From SAR202 cluster bacterium bin16 (GTDB lineage: Bacteria; Chloroflexota; Dehalococcoidia; Lucifugimonadales; Australimonadaceae), in NCBI GenBank assembly GCA_002238425.1, contig MPMJ01000007.1, forward strand, positions 11,826 to 75,825: a DNA stretch of 64,000 nt. The letters are read 5' to 3'. Shown here piece by piece: positions 1 to 8,887 of this stretch (the stretch's first letter is position 1; the number at the start of each line of letters is the position of its first letter). The notes below the pieces were generated by a model that saw only the letters and a list, made by a program, of their open reading frames with translations, made no database searches and was not told where the DNA came from. The translations under genes were made by a program, and so were the position numbers.

Positions 1-755
1 TCGCGGGCTCGACCATCGTTCACAGCACCGGGGGCTGGGCCGCGCTGGCGGGCATACTCGTCGTGGGGCCGAGGCTCGGCAAGTTCGGTCGCGACGGCAA
101 GGCGAGGCCGACGCCACCCTCGAACACCATCGCGGTGACGTTGGGCGTGTTCATCCTCTGGCTCGGCTGGTTCGGCTTCAACGGCGGGTCGCAACTCGCG
201 CTGGCGAGCGCTGTGGACGCGGTGGCTATGAGCATCGTGATAGTGAACACGAATCTCGCGGCAGCCGCAGGCGTCATCACGGCCATACTGGTCTCGCGCT
301 GGATTCTCGGACGCATAGACCTCTTCGCCGCGCTGAACGGCGCCATCGCCGGGCTCGTCTCGATCACCGCCGGGCCCGACATCGTCGACCACTACTGGGC
401 GATCATCATCGGGGCGGTCGGCGGACTGATCGTTGTCGCCGGTCTCAAGATGCTGGAGACGGTGAAACTGGACGACGTCGTCGGCGCGGTGCCCGCGCAC
501 CTGTTCGCGGGCATCTGGGGAACGCTCGCCGCCTCCATCGCAGCCGGAGCGCAATTCCACGTGCAACTCATCGGCGTGCTGGCGGTCGGGGCGTTCGTTT
601 TCCCCGTCTCATGGCTGCTCTGGATGGCGTTCAGGGCAACACTGGGCGCGCGCGTGTCGTATAACATCGAACGGCTGGGACAGGACATCGGTGAGTTGGG
701 GATGGAGGCGTACCCTGAGTTCGTGTTGATGCCGGAGCCGCACGACGAGGACTGA
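1..755 (+). CDS. amt: ammonium transporter, C-terminal part (5' end lies outside the window)
   Basis: The frame is open from base 3 (AGSTIVHSTGGWAALAGILVVGPRLGKF...) and is contiguous with listed ORF 63..755. Amt/MEP-type stretches are present: HSTGGWAALAG, WLGWFGFNGGS, DDVVGAVPAHLFAGIWGTL. Confidence 0.9.
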   Translation, partial: AGSTIVHSTGGWAALAGILVVGPRLGKFGRDGKARPTPPSNTIAVTLGVFILWLGWFGFNGGSQLALASAVDAVAMSIVIVNTNLAAAAGVITAILVSRWILGRIDLFAALNGAIAGLVSITAGPDIVDHYWAIIIGAVGGLIVVAGLKMLETVKLDDVVGAVPAHLFAGIWGTLAASIAAGAQFHVQLIGVLAVGAFVFPVSWLLWMAFRATLGARVSYNIERLGQDIGELGMEAYPEFVLMPEPHDED

Positions 756-815
756 CGCACCGGGCGAAGCCACGGACTATACTGCAGCAACACACGGCAA
801 GAGGAGGCGCGACCT

Positions 816-1679
816 ATGCTGGTTGACTTGGTACACACCAAGACGAGCGACGACGTTACCCTGAGCGGCATCGTGCTGGAGCCGGAGCAGCCCCGGACGG
901 ACCTGCTCGTGGACGCGATGGTGATGGTGCACGGCTCCGCCGGCAACTTCTACCTCTCGCCCTCCAACCCGCGCGCCGCGAAACTGCGCGACATGGGCAT
1001 CCCCACCGCGCTCTTCAACACGCGCGGCCACGACGTGGTGGGTGGGCGCGCCGGGAAAGTGCGCACCGGCAACGTCTACGAGTTGCTCTCCGAGACCCAC
1101 CTTGACCTGAAAGCGATGGTCGCATTCATGGTGGAGCGAGGGTACGCTCGCGTGGGCATCTGGGGCAGCAGCCTCGGCGCGGTGCGTGTCGTGCTCGCAC
1201 AGGCGAAGAACCAGGACCCGAACGTCGCAGTCGTCATTTCGCTCGCGCCGCTGCGGTTCTCTCACGAGTACTACTCGGCCTGCGAGATGGGCGAAGAGCA
1301 CCTGCGGAACTACGAGGCCGCGAAGGCGATGGTAGCCGACGGGCGCGGCCACGAGATCATGTTCGTGGACTTCCCCAATCCCGGTGCGTACTTCTCAGCC
1401 GAAGTCTACCTGGACCGCCACTGCTCCGAGCACTACGACATCACGAAGGCGCACACGAGCGAGATCGAGTGCCCGCTGCTCATCCTCACCGGTACGGAGG
1501 AGACGCATCCGCGCATGCGAGACGCAGGCCGCGACATGGCCGCGCTCTGCGAGGGCATGGACAACGTGACGTGGGTGCACCTGGAGGGCGGCGACCACGG
1601 CTGGCACAACAAGGAGGACGACCTCTTCCGCGTCGTGCCGGAGTGGCTGGGGGTTAAGGCGCCAGCCAGCGTGGGGTAG
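816..1679 (+). CDS. alpha/beta-fold hydrolase
   Basis: 287 aa ORF. HG-type oxyanion region (VMVHGSAGNFY), nucleophile elbow G-S-S-L-G, and a C-terminal GGDHGW histidine region. Confidence 0.7.
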   Translation: MLVDLVHTKTSDDVTLSGIVLEPEQPRTDLLVDAMVMVHGSAGNFYLSPSNPRAAKLRDMGIPTALFNTRGHDVVGGRAGKVRTGNVYELLSETHLDLKAMVAFMVERGYARVGIWGSSLGAVRVVLAQAKNQDPNVAVVISLAPLRFSHEYYSACEMGEEHLRNYEAAKAMVADGRGHEIMFVDFPNPGAYFSAEVYLDRHCSEHYDITKAHTSEIECPLLILTGTEETHPRMRDAGRDMAALCEGMDNVTWVHLEGGDHGWHNKEDDLFRVVPEWLGVKAPASVG

Positions 1680-1692
1680 GCGTCACCGGACC

Positions 1693-1977
1693 CTAGCCCC
1701 GAGACGTCAGGAACCTCGATGCTTCCTCCCGGGTTCGAGCATCCGCCCGGGAACTGGCGATGATGGTCAGCGCATCACGGCCACGTCCTGCGCTGATGAT
1801 GCGCCGCGCGCCGCTCACCCGACTCCGGCAGGCTTTGGATGAGTATCCTTCCGCCTCTTCTATCTGCGCTGCAACAGCTTCGTTCGAGAGGGAGGGGTCG
1901 CAGAACTGCCTGAAATAGGTGATGAAGCATCTCCTACCCACCGAGTTCAGGGTCCGCACCAGTTCTTGCTCATTCAT
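1693..1977 (-). CDS. hypothetical small protein
   Basis: ORF 1693..2004. I prefer the internal ATG at 1977 (MNEQELV...) because GGAGG lies about 9 nt upstream. No recognisable family. Confidence 0.4.
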   Translation of the reverse strand: MNEQELVRTLNSVGRRCFITYFRQFCDPSLSNEAVAAQIEEAEGYSSKACRSRVSGARRIISAGRGRDALTIIASSRADARTREEASRFLTSRG

Positions 1978-2033
1978 CGGTTTCTGACCTCCACACCTGC
2001 GCAAGTCGTGAGGATGCTCTATCCTACACGCCG

Positions 2034-2513
2034 ATGACAGCCGACCCCACCCTCTACCGTCAGGCGTGGCGCAGGTTCCCGACCGGCGTCAGCGTCGTGA
2101 CCACGCGCTCGCCCGACGGCGCGCCCTACGCCACGACCGCGAACGCGCTCCTCTCCGTGGCGCTCGACCCGCCACTGCTGTTGCTGAGCGTTGCGACAGG
2201 TGGGAATACGTGCGACTACCTCCGCCGCGAGGGGTGCTTCGGGGTGAACTTCCTGCGCGGGGATCAGGCAGAGGTGGCAGACTTCTACGGTCGAGCCGCA
2301 CCCGAGGAGCGCCGGATATTGCCCGAGGCACACACGACCCACGGGAGCGGCGTCGCACTGCTGGACGAGGCGCTGGTCGGCATGGTCTGCCACATCGAAC
2401 AGGCTGTTGAGGCAGGCGACCACACGCTGTTCGTCGCGGCAGTCGAGCACGTGGAAGTCCGGGAAGGCGGCGCGCTCCTCTTCCACGAAGGGCAGTACGG
2501 CAGCGCAGGGTAG
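2034..2513 (+). CDS. flavin reductase family protein
   Basis: 159 aa. N-terminal YRQAWRRFPTGVSVVTT...TANALLSVALDPPLLLLSV is typical of the flavin reductase-like FMN-binding domain. Confidence 0.8.
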   Translation: MTADPTLYRQAWRRFPTGVSVVTTRSPDGAPYATTANALLSVALDPPLLLLSVATGGNTCDYLRREGCFGVNFLRGDQAEVADFYGRAAPEERRILPEAHTTHGSGVALLDEALVGMVCHIEQAVEAGDHTLFVAAVEHVEVREGGALLFHEGQYGSAG

Positions 2514-2592
2514 GAGTTTCCCAGCCAGCATCGCTTGACGGCAGGGCCTTGCTGTGATTAGCTAAGCTTAGTCCGACCAAGGAGCATTCGGC

Positions 2593-2859
2593 ATGCAGGT
2601 CAACATGCACGAAGCCAAATCCCAACTCTCGCGCCTCGGTGAACTCGCCTGCCAGGGCGAACGCATCATCATCGCCAAGGCAGGCAAGCCTTACCTGGAA
2701 CTGCTCCCCTATGAGGAGAAGAAACGCGAGCCGCGCAAACTGGGTATCTTGAAAGAGCAGGGCTGGCCTGAGCCAAACTGGGACCTGCTCGAGTGGGCAG
2801 ACGAGGAGATCGAGGAGATGTTCTACCAGGACGACCCTGACGATCCGCTCTTCCAATGA
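2593..2859 (+). CDS. vapB: type II antitoxin, Phd/YefM-like (VapB-type partner of the following PIN gene)
   Basis: 88 aa. MHEAKSQLSRLGELACQGERIIIAKAGKPYLELLP motif. There is a 4-nt overlap with the downstream PIN gene. Confidence 0.75.
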   Translation: MQVNMHEAKSQLSRLGELACQGERIIIAKAGKPYLELLPYEEKKREPRKLGILKEQGWPEPNWDLLEWADEEIEEMFYQDDPDDPLFQ

Positions 2860-3239
2860 GGCTGCTACTCGATTCGCACGTACTGCTCTGGTTCTTATGG
2901 CAGAGCCCGCTGCTCGGCGCACGTGCCGCCGCCGCTATTGCTGATCCTGACAACGAAGTCTTCGTCAGCGCTGCGAGCATCTGGGAGATCGCGCTGAAGC
3001 GGGCCAAGTCCTTTTTGGATGCCCCGGAAGGCCTGGCTGGCATGGTGGAACAAGCTGGTTTCACGCCCTTGCCCTTGTCCCTGTTCCACGCGGAGCAGGC
3101 GGCAATGCTGCCTATGCATCACCGCGACCCATTCGACCGGATGCTGATCGCGCAGGCGCAGGCGGAGGGATTGACTCTCGTGACGCGGGACGCCCACATC
3201 CGGCGCTACGGTATTCGCACGATGGCGCCCGGCCAGTAG
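2856..3239 (+). CDS. vapC: PIN-domain ribonuclease toxin VapC
   Basis: 127 aa. LLLDSHVLLW...SAASIWEIALK...DPFDRMLIAQA...LVTRD is the typical PIN acidic-residue pattern. Overlaps the antitoxin stop. Confidence 0.85.
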   Translation: MRLLLDSHVLLWFLWQSPLLGARAAAAIADPDNEVFVSAASIWEIALKRAKSFLDAPEGLAGMVEQAGFTPLPLSLFHAEQAAMLPMHHRDPFDRMLIAQAQAEGLTLVTRDAHIRRYGIRTMAPGQ

Positions 3240-3254
3240 TAGCGGCTTGTCGCG

Positions 3255-4259
3255 CTACATCTCCCAGTACGCGAAGCCCATCCCGCACGGCGACGCGAAG
3301 ACCGGCACGTAGTCCAGTACTACGCCCGCTTTGCCGTCAGCGACACCCGCGGCAGCCACCCAGTTCCGCGTCTCGCCCGTGCCGCTCCCGATGCCCGTGT
3401 ACATCCCCGTCCCGCCGTCGACCCAGCGCGCCGTCTTCGGACCATAGTCCGCCGGAGGTGTGGCGCCCTCCGCATCGAACGCCTCCGCCATCCCCTTTGC
3501 GTCACCCGTGGGGATGTAGGAGAGGATGCGCTCATCGAACTCGGTGTTGAGCCACGAGGTGGGGCTGCCCGGCGTGTGCCACAGTCCGCCCGAGCCGAGG
3601 ACGGCGACGCGGAGGTCCAGCGGCGACGCCTCGATCACCTCCCGCACTGCCCTGCCGAGGCGGTAGCAGCGGTTGGCCGACGGCTGTGGACCGAAGTAGC
3701 AGTTCAGGAAGAACGGGATCATCGGGATGTCGAAGTCCGGGACGATGCGGGTGAAGGGACGCATGAACGCGTGCCCCATGCCGTGCTCTTTGTTCGGCAC
3801 CTCGAAGCTGAACGAGATGTCGAAGTCGCGGTGTGTCAGCCCGACCGCTAGTTCCTGCGCGAGCTGCGGGTTGCTCTGCACCTTCACCCACGTCTCGGGC
3901 GTCTTCTCGCGCCAGCCCCGCTGCTCGCCGGGGATGAAGCCCGTCCGCGCGCTCGTGCGATAGCCCTCGAACTCGTCGCCGACGAAGATGCCGAAGGCGG
4001 GGAAGTTGTCCAGCCCGAAGAGTTCCTGCTGGTCGTCTCCGAAGACGAGGATCACGTCCGGTTTGGCCTCCTCCATCTTCTGGCGCAGCGTCTCGAACGC
4101 ATCCATGCAGCGCTTGTGCTGAGCGGCGTTCTCGTCCTCGGACATGACCGGGTTGTCGGTCAGCGGCGGACGGGCGGCCCGCACCTGGTTCCACAGATGC
4201 GGCTCCATGAAGAGGAAAGGCGAGTGGGAGCAGGCCTCGACGAGCACGATCTCTGCCAT
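3255..4259 (-). CDS. class III extradiol ring-cleavage dioxygenase (LigB family)
   Basis: ORF 3255..4331. The in-frame ATG at 4259 (MAEIVLVEACSHSPF) is preceded by AGGAGG. The longer form would run into tRNA-Ser. LigB-like stretches: ILVFGDDQQE, GMGHAF, VLGSGGLWHTPG. Confidence 0.75.
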   Translation of the reverse strand: MAEIVLVEACSHSPFLFMEPHLWNQVRAARPPLTDNPVMSEDENAAQHKRCMDAFETLRQKMEEAKPDVILVFGDDQQELFGLDNFPAFGIFVGDEFEGYRTSARTGFIPGEQRGWREKTPETWVKVQSNPQLAQELAVGLTHRDFDISFSFEVPNKEHGMGHAFMRPFTRIVPDFDIPMIPFFLNCYFGPQPSANRCYRLGRAVREVIEASPLDLRVAVLGSGGLWHTPGSPTSWLNTEFDERILSYIPTGDAKGMAEAFDAEGATPPADYGPKTARWVDGGTGMYTGIGSGTGETRNWVAAAGVADGKAGVVLDYVPVFASPCGMGFAYWEM

Positions 4260-4335
4260 TGGTGGCCTCCTTGACGCCGCCCTTGCGAGAGACGGCGGGC
4301 GCGATGCGGCTACTTTACTCCACAACAGCACGATG

Positions 4336-4425
4336 TGGCGGAGGGAGTGGGATTCGAACCCACGGTACCGTCGCCGGCACAGCGGTTTTCAAGACCGCCG
4401 CAATCGTCCACTCTGCCATCCCTCC
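4336..4425 (-). tRNA. tRNA-Ser (anticodon UGA)
   Basis: The reverse complement GGAGGGATGGCAGAGTGG...GGTCTTGAAAACC...GTGGGTTCGAATCCCACTCCCTCCGCCA folds as a cloverleaf with a long variable arm. Anticodon loop is CT-TGA-AA and CCA is encoded. Confidence 0.9.
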
Positions 4426-4521
4426 GTGCAGGGTAATGGTAGCACTGCCGGTGCGCTCTACGCCTGCCTTCTCTCTCGTGCGGCTGCTAAACTCCCGCGA
4501 GACTCCTCCCGAGGTTGTGCA

Positions 4522-6615
4522 TTGCCACCTGAACTGTCCGGACGGCTCGACTTCTGGAACATCGGCTACCCGCTGGGGGCGTTCGTCTACCTCACTGCCC
4601 CCATCGCGCTGGCCGCCATCGCCTGGGCGCTCTGGCAGCGCTCGCGCTACTGGCGGCTGGGCAAGCCGAACCCGGACGCCGGGCCGTGGCGGACGCGGCT
4701 CGCGGGAGGGCTGCGCACGCTGCTCATCGACTCCGTGGGACACCGGCGCTTCGTCCGCAGCGAGCGCTACCCCGGCACGATGCACTTCCTCATCTTCTGG
4801 GGCATCGTCATCCTGTTCATCGCGACGTCGCTCGACGCGCTGGAATTCAACTCGGAGCAGTACTTCGGCTGGCATCTCCCAACGCGCGACATCGGGCTGC
4901 AGCTCGAACTGATATGGGACATCGGCGGGGTGATGCTCATCGCGGGCATCGGCCTCGCCGCGTGGCGGCGGTACGTTGTGCGTCCGCCAAGGCTGAACAC
5001 GATGCTGGAGAACAACGTGCTGCTCGCCCTGCTGCTGGCGAGCGCGCTCTCGGGCTTCGTCCTGCAGTCGCTACGCATGGCGGCGACGGAGCTGGAGCCG
5101 ACGAGCGACCTCTACAGCGTAGCGTCGGCGTACTGGTCCCCGTTCTCCTACGTCATCGCGGTGGGCATCCGAGGGGTGGGGTTCACGGTCTACGCGATGG
5201 AGGTCTCACATTTCGTGCTCTGGTGGGCGCACGCGGGGCTGATGTCCGCGACGTTCGTCTACGCGGCGTGGCGGTTCGGGCCGCTCATGCACATCTTCAT
5301 CAGTCCGCTCAACCTCGTGATGCGCTCGTCCGTCATGCGGCCCAAGGGCGCGCTGCGGCCGATGGGCGACCTCGATACGCTGGAGGTGTTCGGCGCGCGG
5401 GAGATTACGCAGCTCACGTCGAAGCAGCTTCTCGACTACGACGCCTGTACGAACTGCGGGCGATGCCAGGACCAGTGCCCCGCGTGGCGCAGCGGGAAGC
5501 CGCTGTCGCCCCGGAAGCTGGTGCAGGACGCGAAGGCCTACATGGAGTCACGCGCGCCGGTGCTGCTGGCGCTGGGGCCGGACGCCGAGCCGCCCCCGCC
5601 GGAAGCCGACCTCGTGCACGGCGCGATATCGACCGACGTGCTCTGGTCGTGCACGACGTGCCGGGCATGCATGGAGGCGTGCCCGGCGTTCGTCGAGCAC
5701 ATCGACTCCATCGTGGACATGCGGCGGTTCCTCACGATGGAGGAGGCCGACGTGCCCGAGGGCGCGATGAACGCGCTCACGTCGATGGAGCAGCGGGGGC
5801 ACCCGTGGCGCGGCACGCAGGCCACCCGCACCGACTGGATGGAGGGCGCGGACGCCGTCGCGATGAGCGACGACCCGGAGCACGACGTGCTGCTGTGGGT
5901 CGGCTGCACGTCGGCGCTGGACGGACGCGGGCAGCAGGTGGCGCGGGCGATGGCGTCGGTGCTGAAGCTGGCGGGGGTCAAGTACCGGGTGCTTGGCAGC
6001 GAGGAGACGTGCACCGGCGACCCCGCACGGCGCATGGGGAACGAGTACCTCTTCCAGATGATGGCGGAGCAGAACATCGAGACGCTGAACGGCTACGAGG
6101 TGCAGCGGATCGTGACGCTCTGCCCGCACTGCTTCAACACGCTGAAGAACGAGTACCCGCAGTTCGGTGGGGAGTTCGAGGTGACGCACTACACCGAGTT
6201 CGTCGCGGGGCTGATACGGGACGGGCGCATCCGGCCTGCGAAGGCGGTGCCGCTATCGGTCGCCTACCACGACTCGTGCTATCTGGGGCGGCACAACGAC
6301 ATCTACGAGGCGCCGCGGGAGATCGCGCGGGCCATCCCCGGCCTGGAGCTCGTGGAGATGGGCGAGGGGCGGTGCCGGGAGCGGGGTTTCTGCTGCGGCG
6401 CGGGCGGCGGGCGCATGTGGATGGAGGAGCAGGGCACACGGGTCAACCACATCCGCACCGACCACTTCCTCGACACGGGCGCGGACGCGGTCGGGGTGTC
6501 GTGCCCGTTCTGCCTCCAGATGATGGAGGAGGGCATCGGCGCGAAGGGGGAGGAGGACAGCAAGTCCGCGAAGGACTTGCTGGAACTGCTCGCGGAGAGC
6601 CTAGAGGGGGCGTAG
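4522..6615 (+). CDS. membrane-anchored Fe-S / CCG-domain oxidoreductase (fusion resembling HdrE/DsrM + HdrC + HdrB/DsrK/HdrD)
   Basis: ORF 4144..6615, but its 5' part overlaps tRNA-Ser and the LigB start. The in-frame TTG at 4522 follows GAGG. The N-terminus has about 6 hydrophobic helices. These are followed by two ferredoxin-type CxxCxxCxxxCP motifs (CTNCGRCQDQCP, CTTCRACMEACP) and two cysteine-rich CCG-type regions (CPHCFNTLKNEY; FCCGAGGG...SCPFCLQMM). The start is uncertain. Confidence 0.75.
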   Translation: MPPELSGRLDFWNIGYPLGAFVYLTAPIALAAIAWALWQRSRYWRLGKPNPDAGPWRTRLAGGLRTLLIDSVGHRRFVRSERYPGTMHFLIFWGIVILFIATSLDALEFNSEQYFGWHLPTRDIGLQLELIWDIGGVMLIAGIGLAAWRRYVVRPPRLNTMLENNVLLALLLASALSGFVLQSLRMAATELEPTSDLYSVASAYWSPFSYVIAVGIRGVGFTVYAMEVSHFVLWWAHAGLMSATFVYAAWRFGPLMHIFISPLNLVMRSSVMRPKGALRPMGDLDTLEVFGAREITQLTSKQLLDYDACTNCGRCQDQCPAWRSGKPLSPRKLVQDAKAYMESRAPVLLALGPDAEPPPPEADLVHGAISTDVLWSCTTCRACMEACPAFVEHIDSIVDMRRFLTMEEADVPEGAMNALTSMEQRGHPWRGTQATRTDWMEGADAVAMSDDPEHDVLLWVGCTSALDGRGQQVARAMASVLKLAGVKYRVLGSEETCTGDPARRMGNEYLFQMMAEQNIETLNGYEVQRIVTLCPHCFNTLKNEYPQFGGEFEVTHYTEFVAGLIRDGRIRPAKAVPLSVAYHDSCYLGRHNDIYEAPREIARAIPGLELVEMGEGRCRERGFCCGAGGGRMWMEEQGTRVNHIRTDHFLDTGADAVGVSCPFCLQMMEEGIGAKGEEDSKSAKDLLELLAESLEGA

Positions 6616-6685
6616 GCCCTCCCGCCCCGCCCCCGTGTGCGCTGCCCGCGCACTCTGGATCCCCGCCGGTGCGGGGATGACGGGG
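6616..6685 (+). repeat. composite double-hairpin repeat, family A, copy 1
   Basis: Hairpins GTGCGC-TGCCC-GCGCAC and ATCCCCGC-CGGT-GCGGGGAT lie in the context ...CACTCTGGAT....GATGACGGGG. The repeat is alignable to 13901..13963 and, inverted, to 50409..50487. It sits immediately after a stop codon. Confidence 0.7.
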
Positions 6686-6704
6686 CTTGCGGCGGGACGT
6701 CGGG

Positions 6705-7538
6705 TTACTCGTCGTCCTCGGGAAGGTCGGGGAGGAGGGCGTCGTCGAAGATGCCGATGCCGGCGCCTACGGCGGCGAGTTCGGGTGAGTCGTCGAGGAG
6801 GGAGAGGGGGACCTCCGGGACGTTGACGGGGGTTGTGTCGGGCGCTTCGACGGATTCAAGCACGGGTAGGACAGGCTCTGCGAGGGGTCTCGGCTGCGCC
6901 GGGAACGAGATCCTGGAGCGCTGGCTCGGGTGCTGGAATGCCTCGCGGAGCACGACGCGCACGGCACCGGAGGCCGTTCCGGAGACGGCGCCGTCGTAGC
7001 GGTTGCCGCCGGACATGAGGCAGAGGAGACGGCCTGCCATGTTGGGGGGGACGAGGCCCAGGCAGTTGCCTTCAGGGTCCATCACGCCGAGGGTTGCGCC
7101 GTTCGCCTCCAGGGTCACGGGCGTACCGGGCGAGGAGTTGCCCGCGCCGGTCGACGCCAGCAGGGTGACATCGGCGCTCTTGCCGTGGTCGGCGATGAAC
7201 ATGCGCGGTTTGAGCGTGCCTCCGTTGCCGTTACCGGAGCGGCGGGCGCGAGCACTGTCCGCCTCGGCCATGAGCCGGTCGACGTTCTTGGTGGCGATGG
7301 GGTTGTCGGGGCTGAACACGAGCGCTCGGCGGAAGGCATCGAGCGCCGCGCCGAACTCACCAAGCTCGGTGAGCGCCTTGCCGAGGCGGTTCATCGCCTC
7401 GACGTTATCGGGCGCGGCTTCCAGGATCTCGCGGTTGAGCCGGGCGGCTTCCGCCCACTCCCCTTCCATCGCCAGGCGCACTGCTGTGCGGGACTGTTCC
7501 TTCAACAACCGGACATGCTCCTCTTCACGGTAGATCAT
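6705..7538 (-). CDS. TPR-repeat protein with C-terminal domain of unknown function and acidic tail
   Basis: ORF 6705..8066. The in-frame ATG at 7538 (MIYREEEH) avoids overlap with the upstream CoA-binding gene. TPR-like helices are present (WAEAARLNREILEAAPDNVEAMNRLGKALTELGEFGAALDAFRRAL). Confidence 0.6.
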   Translation of the reverse strand: MIYREEEHVRLLKEQSRTAVRLAMEGEWAEAARLNREILEAAPDNVEAMNRLGKALTELGEFGAALDAFRRALVFSPDNPIATKNVDRLMAEADSARARRSGNGNGGTLKPRMFIADHGKSADVTLLASTGAGNSSPGTPVTLEANGATLGVMDPEGNCLGLVPPNMAGRLLCLMSGGNRYDGAVSGTASGAVRVVLREAFQHPSQRSRISFPAQPRPLAEPVLPVLESVEAPDTTPVNVPEVPLSLLDDSPELAAVGAGIGIFDDALLPDLPEDDE

Positions 7539-7597
7539 GACGACGTCTCCCGTCGCCAGCGCACGCACCCCCTCTTGTGGCGGCGTCTCTCTGTTGC

Positions 7598-7999
7598 TTA
7601 CGAACCTCTCATCAGGCGGTGTTCGATGGCCATGCACTTGTCCATGACGACACGCAGGCCCGCAGTTTCCGCCTTTGCTCCGGCCTCGCCGTGGGATATC
7701 CCCAGTTGCATCCACACGGCGGAGGCTCCCATGCGGATGGCCCCGTCCACGACGGGCGGCACATCCACCGCTCTCCTGAATATGTCCACCACGTCGACGT
7801 GCTCCGGCACGTCCTCCAATCTTGCGTACGGCTGCTCGCCGAGCACCGGCTCCGTGAGCTTCGAGTTCACGGGGATGATGCGGTAGCCGTGCTCCTGCAT
7901 GTACCTCGCGACCCCGTGCGACGGACGGTCTGGCCTGTCGGACAGGCCGACGACGGCGATGACCTTGCTGTCTCGCAGTATCTGTTCCGCCGTATCCAC
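7598..7999 (-). CDS. CoA-binding domain protein
   Basis: 133 aa. KVIAVVGLSDRPDRPSHGVARYMQEHGYRIIPVN is the typical CoA_binding_2 Rossmann-like N-terminus. Confidence 0.8.
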   Translation of the reverse strand: MDTAEQILRDSKVIAVVGLSDRPDRPSHGVARYMQEHGYRIIPVNSKLTEPVLGEQPYARLEDVPEHVDVVDIFRRAVDVPPVVDGAIRMGASAVWMQLGISHGEAGAKAETAGLRVVMDKCMAIEHRLMRGS

Positions 8000-8121
8000 G
8001 AGCCCGCTTCCCTCCGTACTCCGAAATGTGAGTCGCTAGATTCGTCTTCCGCGCACGCAGCGTCAAGCGTATTTGTGGGGAGATTCCGCGGGTTTTGGGG
8101 TTTCGGCTCTCCGGGCCTCAG

Positions 8122-8154
8122 CCCCATCCCAGCATTCCCCCATAGAGGGGAAGG
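8122..8154 (+). repeat. hairpin repeat, family E (partial copy)
   Basis: CCCCATCC..TTCCCCCATAGAGGGGAAGG is related to 13831..13880 and to the inverted copy at 47611..47660. Confidence 0.5.
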
Positions 8155-8314
8155 GATCGGGCAGGCCGAATGGCTCTCCGGCTGCACTCGGGATGGCACG
8201 TCGTTCACATCGCCATGCCCCGCCGCGAGCGGCTCGCTGAGCAGCACCCCCGGGTTCCGCCTTCGCAGGAACGGACCCCGGGCTCCCGCCTGCGGAGGAA
8301 CGGACGGAGGGCCG

Positions 8315-8887
8315 TCAGGCGACGGGGGTGGTTTCGAGGGCGGGGGTGGGTTTGATGAGGTCGACGAGTTCTATGTCGAAGGTGAGGGCCTCGCCGGCGA
8401 GGGGGTGGTTGGCGTCGAGGGTGACGAAGGTGTCGGTGATGTTGGTGATGACCGGGGAGATGCCGTTGGAGAGCGGGATGGCCATGCCCAGCGAGAGCTG
8501 GCTCAGGATCTCCGGGGGGAACTCCTTGATGGGGACGTCGGCGATGAGTTCGGGGTTGGGTTCGCCGTAGCCTTCGGCAGCTTCCAGGCGCACGGTGACG
8601 CTTTCGCCGACGGCAAGCCCGCGCACGGCGCTGTCGAAGCCGTCGATGAGTTGGCCGCTGCCGATGACGAAGTCGAGCGGGAAGCCGTCGCGGGAGGAGT
8701 CGAACTCGGTGCCGTCGTCGAGGGTGCCTGTGTAGTGCACCATGGCGCGGTCGCCTTCCTCGGCGACGGGGACGGGGGTTGGGGTCGGGGTGGGGGACGC
8801 GCAGGCGACGGCGAGCGTCAGGGCGACGATGAGAAGGACGGCCCCGGAGAGGCCGGGGCAGAGGACGTGGGCGATGCGGGGGTTAAT
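8315..8887 (-). CDS. FKBP-type peptidyl-prolyl cis-trans isomerase (SlyD-like), probably a lipoprotein; canonical ATG at 8743, possible non-canonical start at 8887
   Basis: The listed ORF 8315..8743 has an FKBP core ([39 protein letters not shown]). The same frame stays open upstream and encodes [41 protein letters not shown], which is a signal peptide plus lipobox-like cysteine. That extension contains no ATG, GTG or TTG. Confidence 0.75.
   Translation of the reverse strand: MNPRIAHVLCPGLSGAVLLIVALTLAVACASPTPTPTPVPVAEEGDRAMVHYTGTLDDGTEFDSSRDGFPLDFVIGSGQLIDGFDSAVRGLAVGESVTVRLEAAEGYGEPNPELIADVPIKEFPPEILSQLSLGMAIPLSNGISPVITNITDTFVTLDANHPLAGEALTFDIELVDLIKPTPALETTPVA

Noticed and set aside
4144-4521. 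The 5' extension of the Fe-S oxidoreductase ORF back to ATG 4144.
   Set aside because: The extension would overlap the start of the LigB gene and read straight through tRNA-Ser (4336..4425). The hydrophobic N-terminus of the protein begins only after about 4540.
4686-6680. The 664-aa alternative-frame ORF overlapping the Fe-S/CCG oxidoreductase gene.
   Set aside because: It has low-complexity Arg/Ala/Gly/Pro composition and no motifs. The frame-1 product has clear ferredoxin and CCG cysteine motifs.
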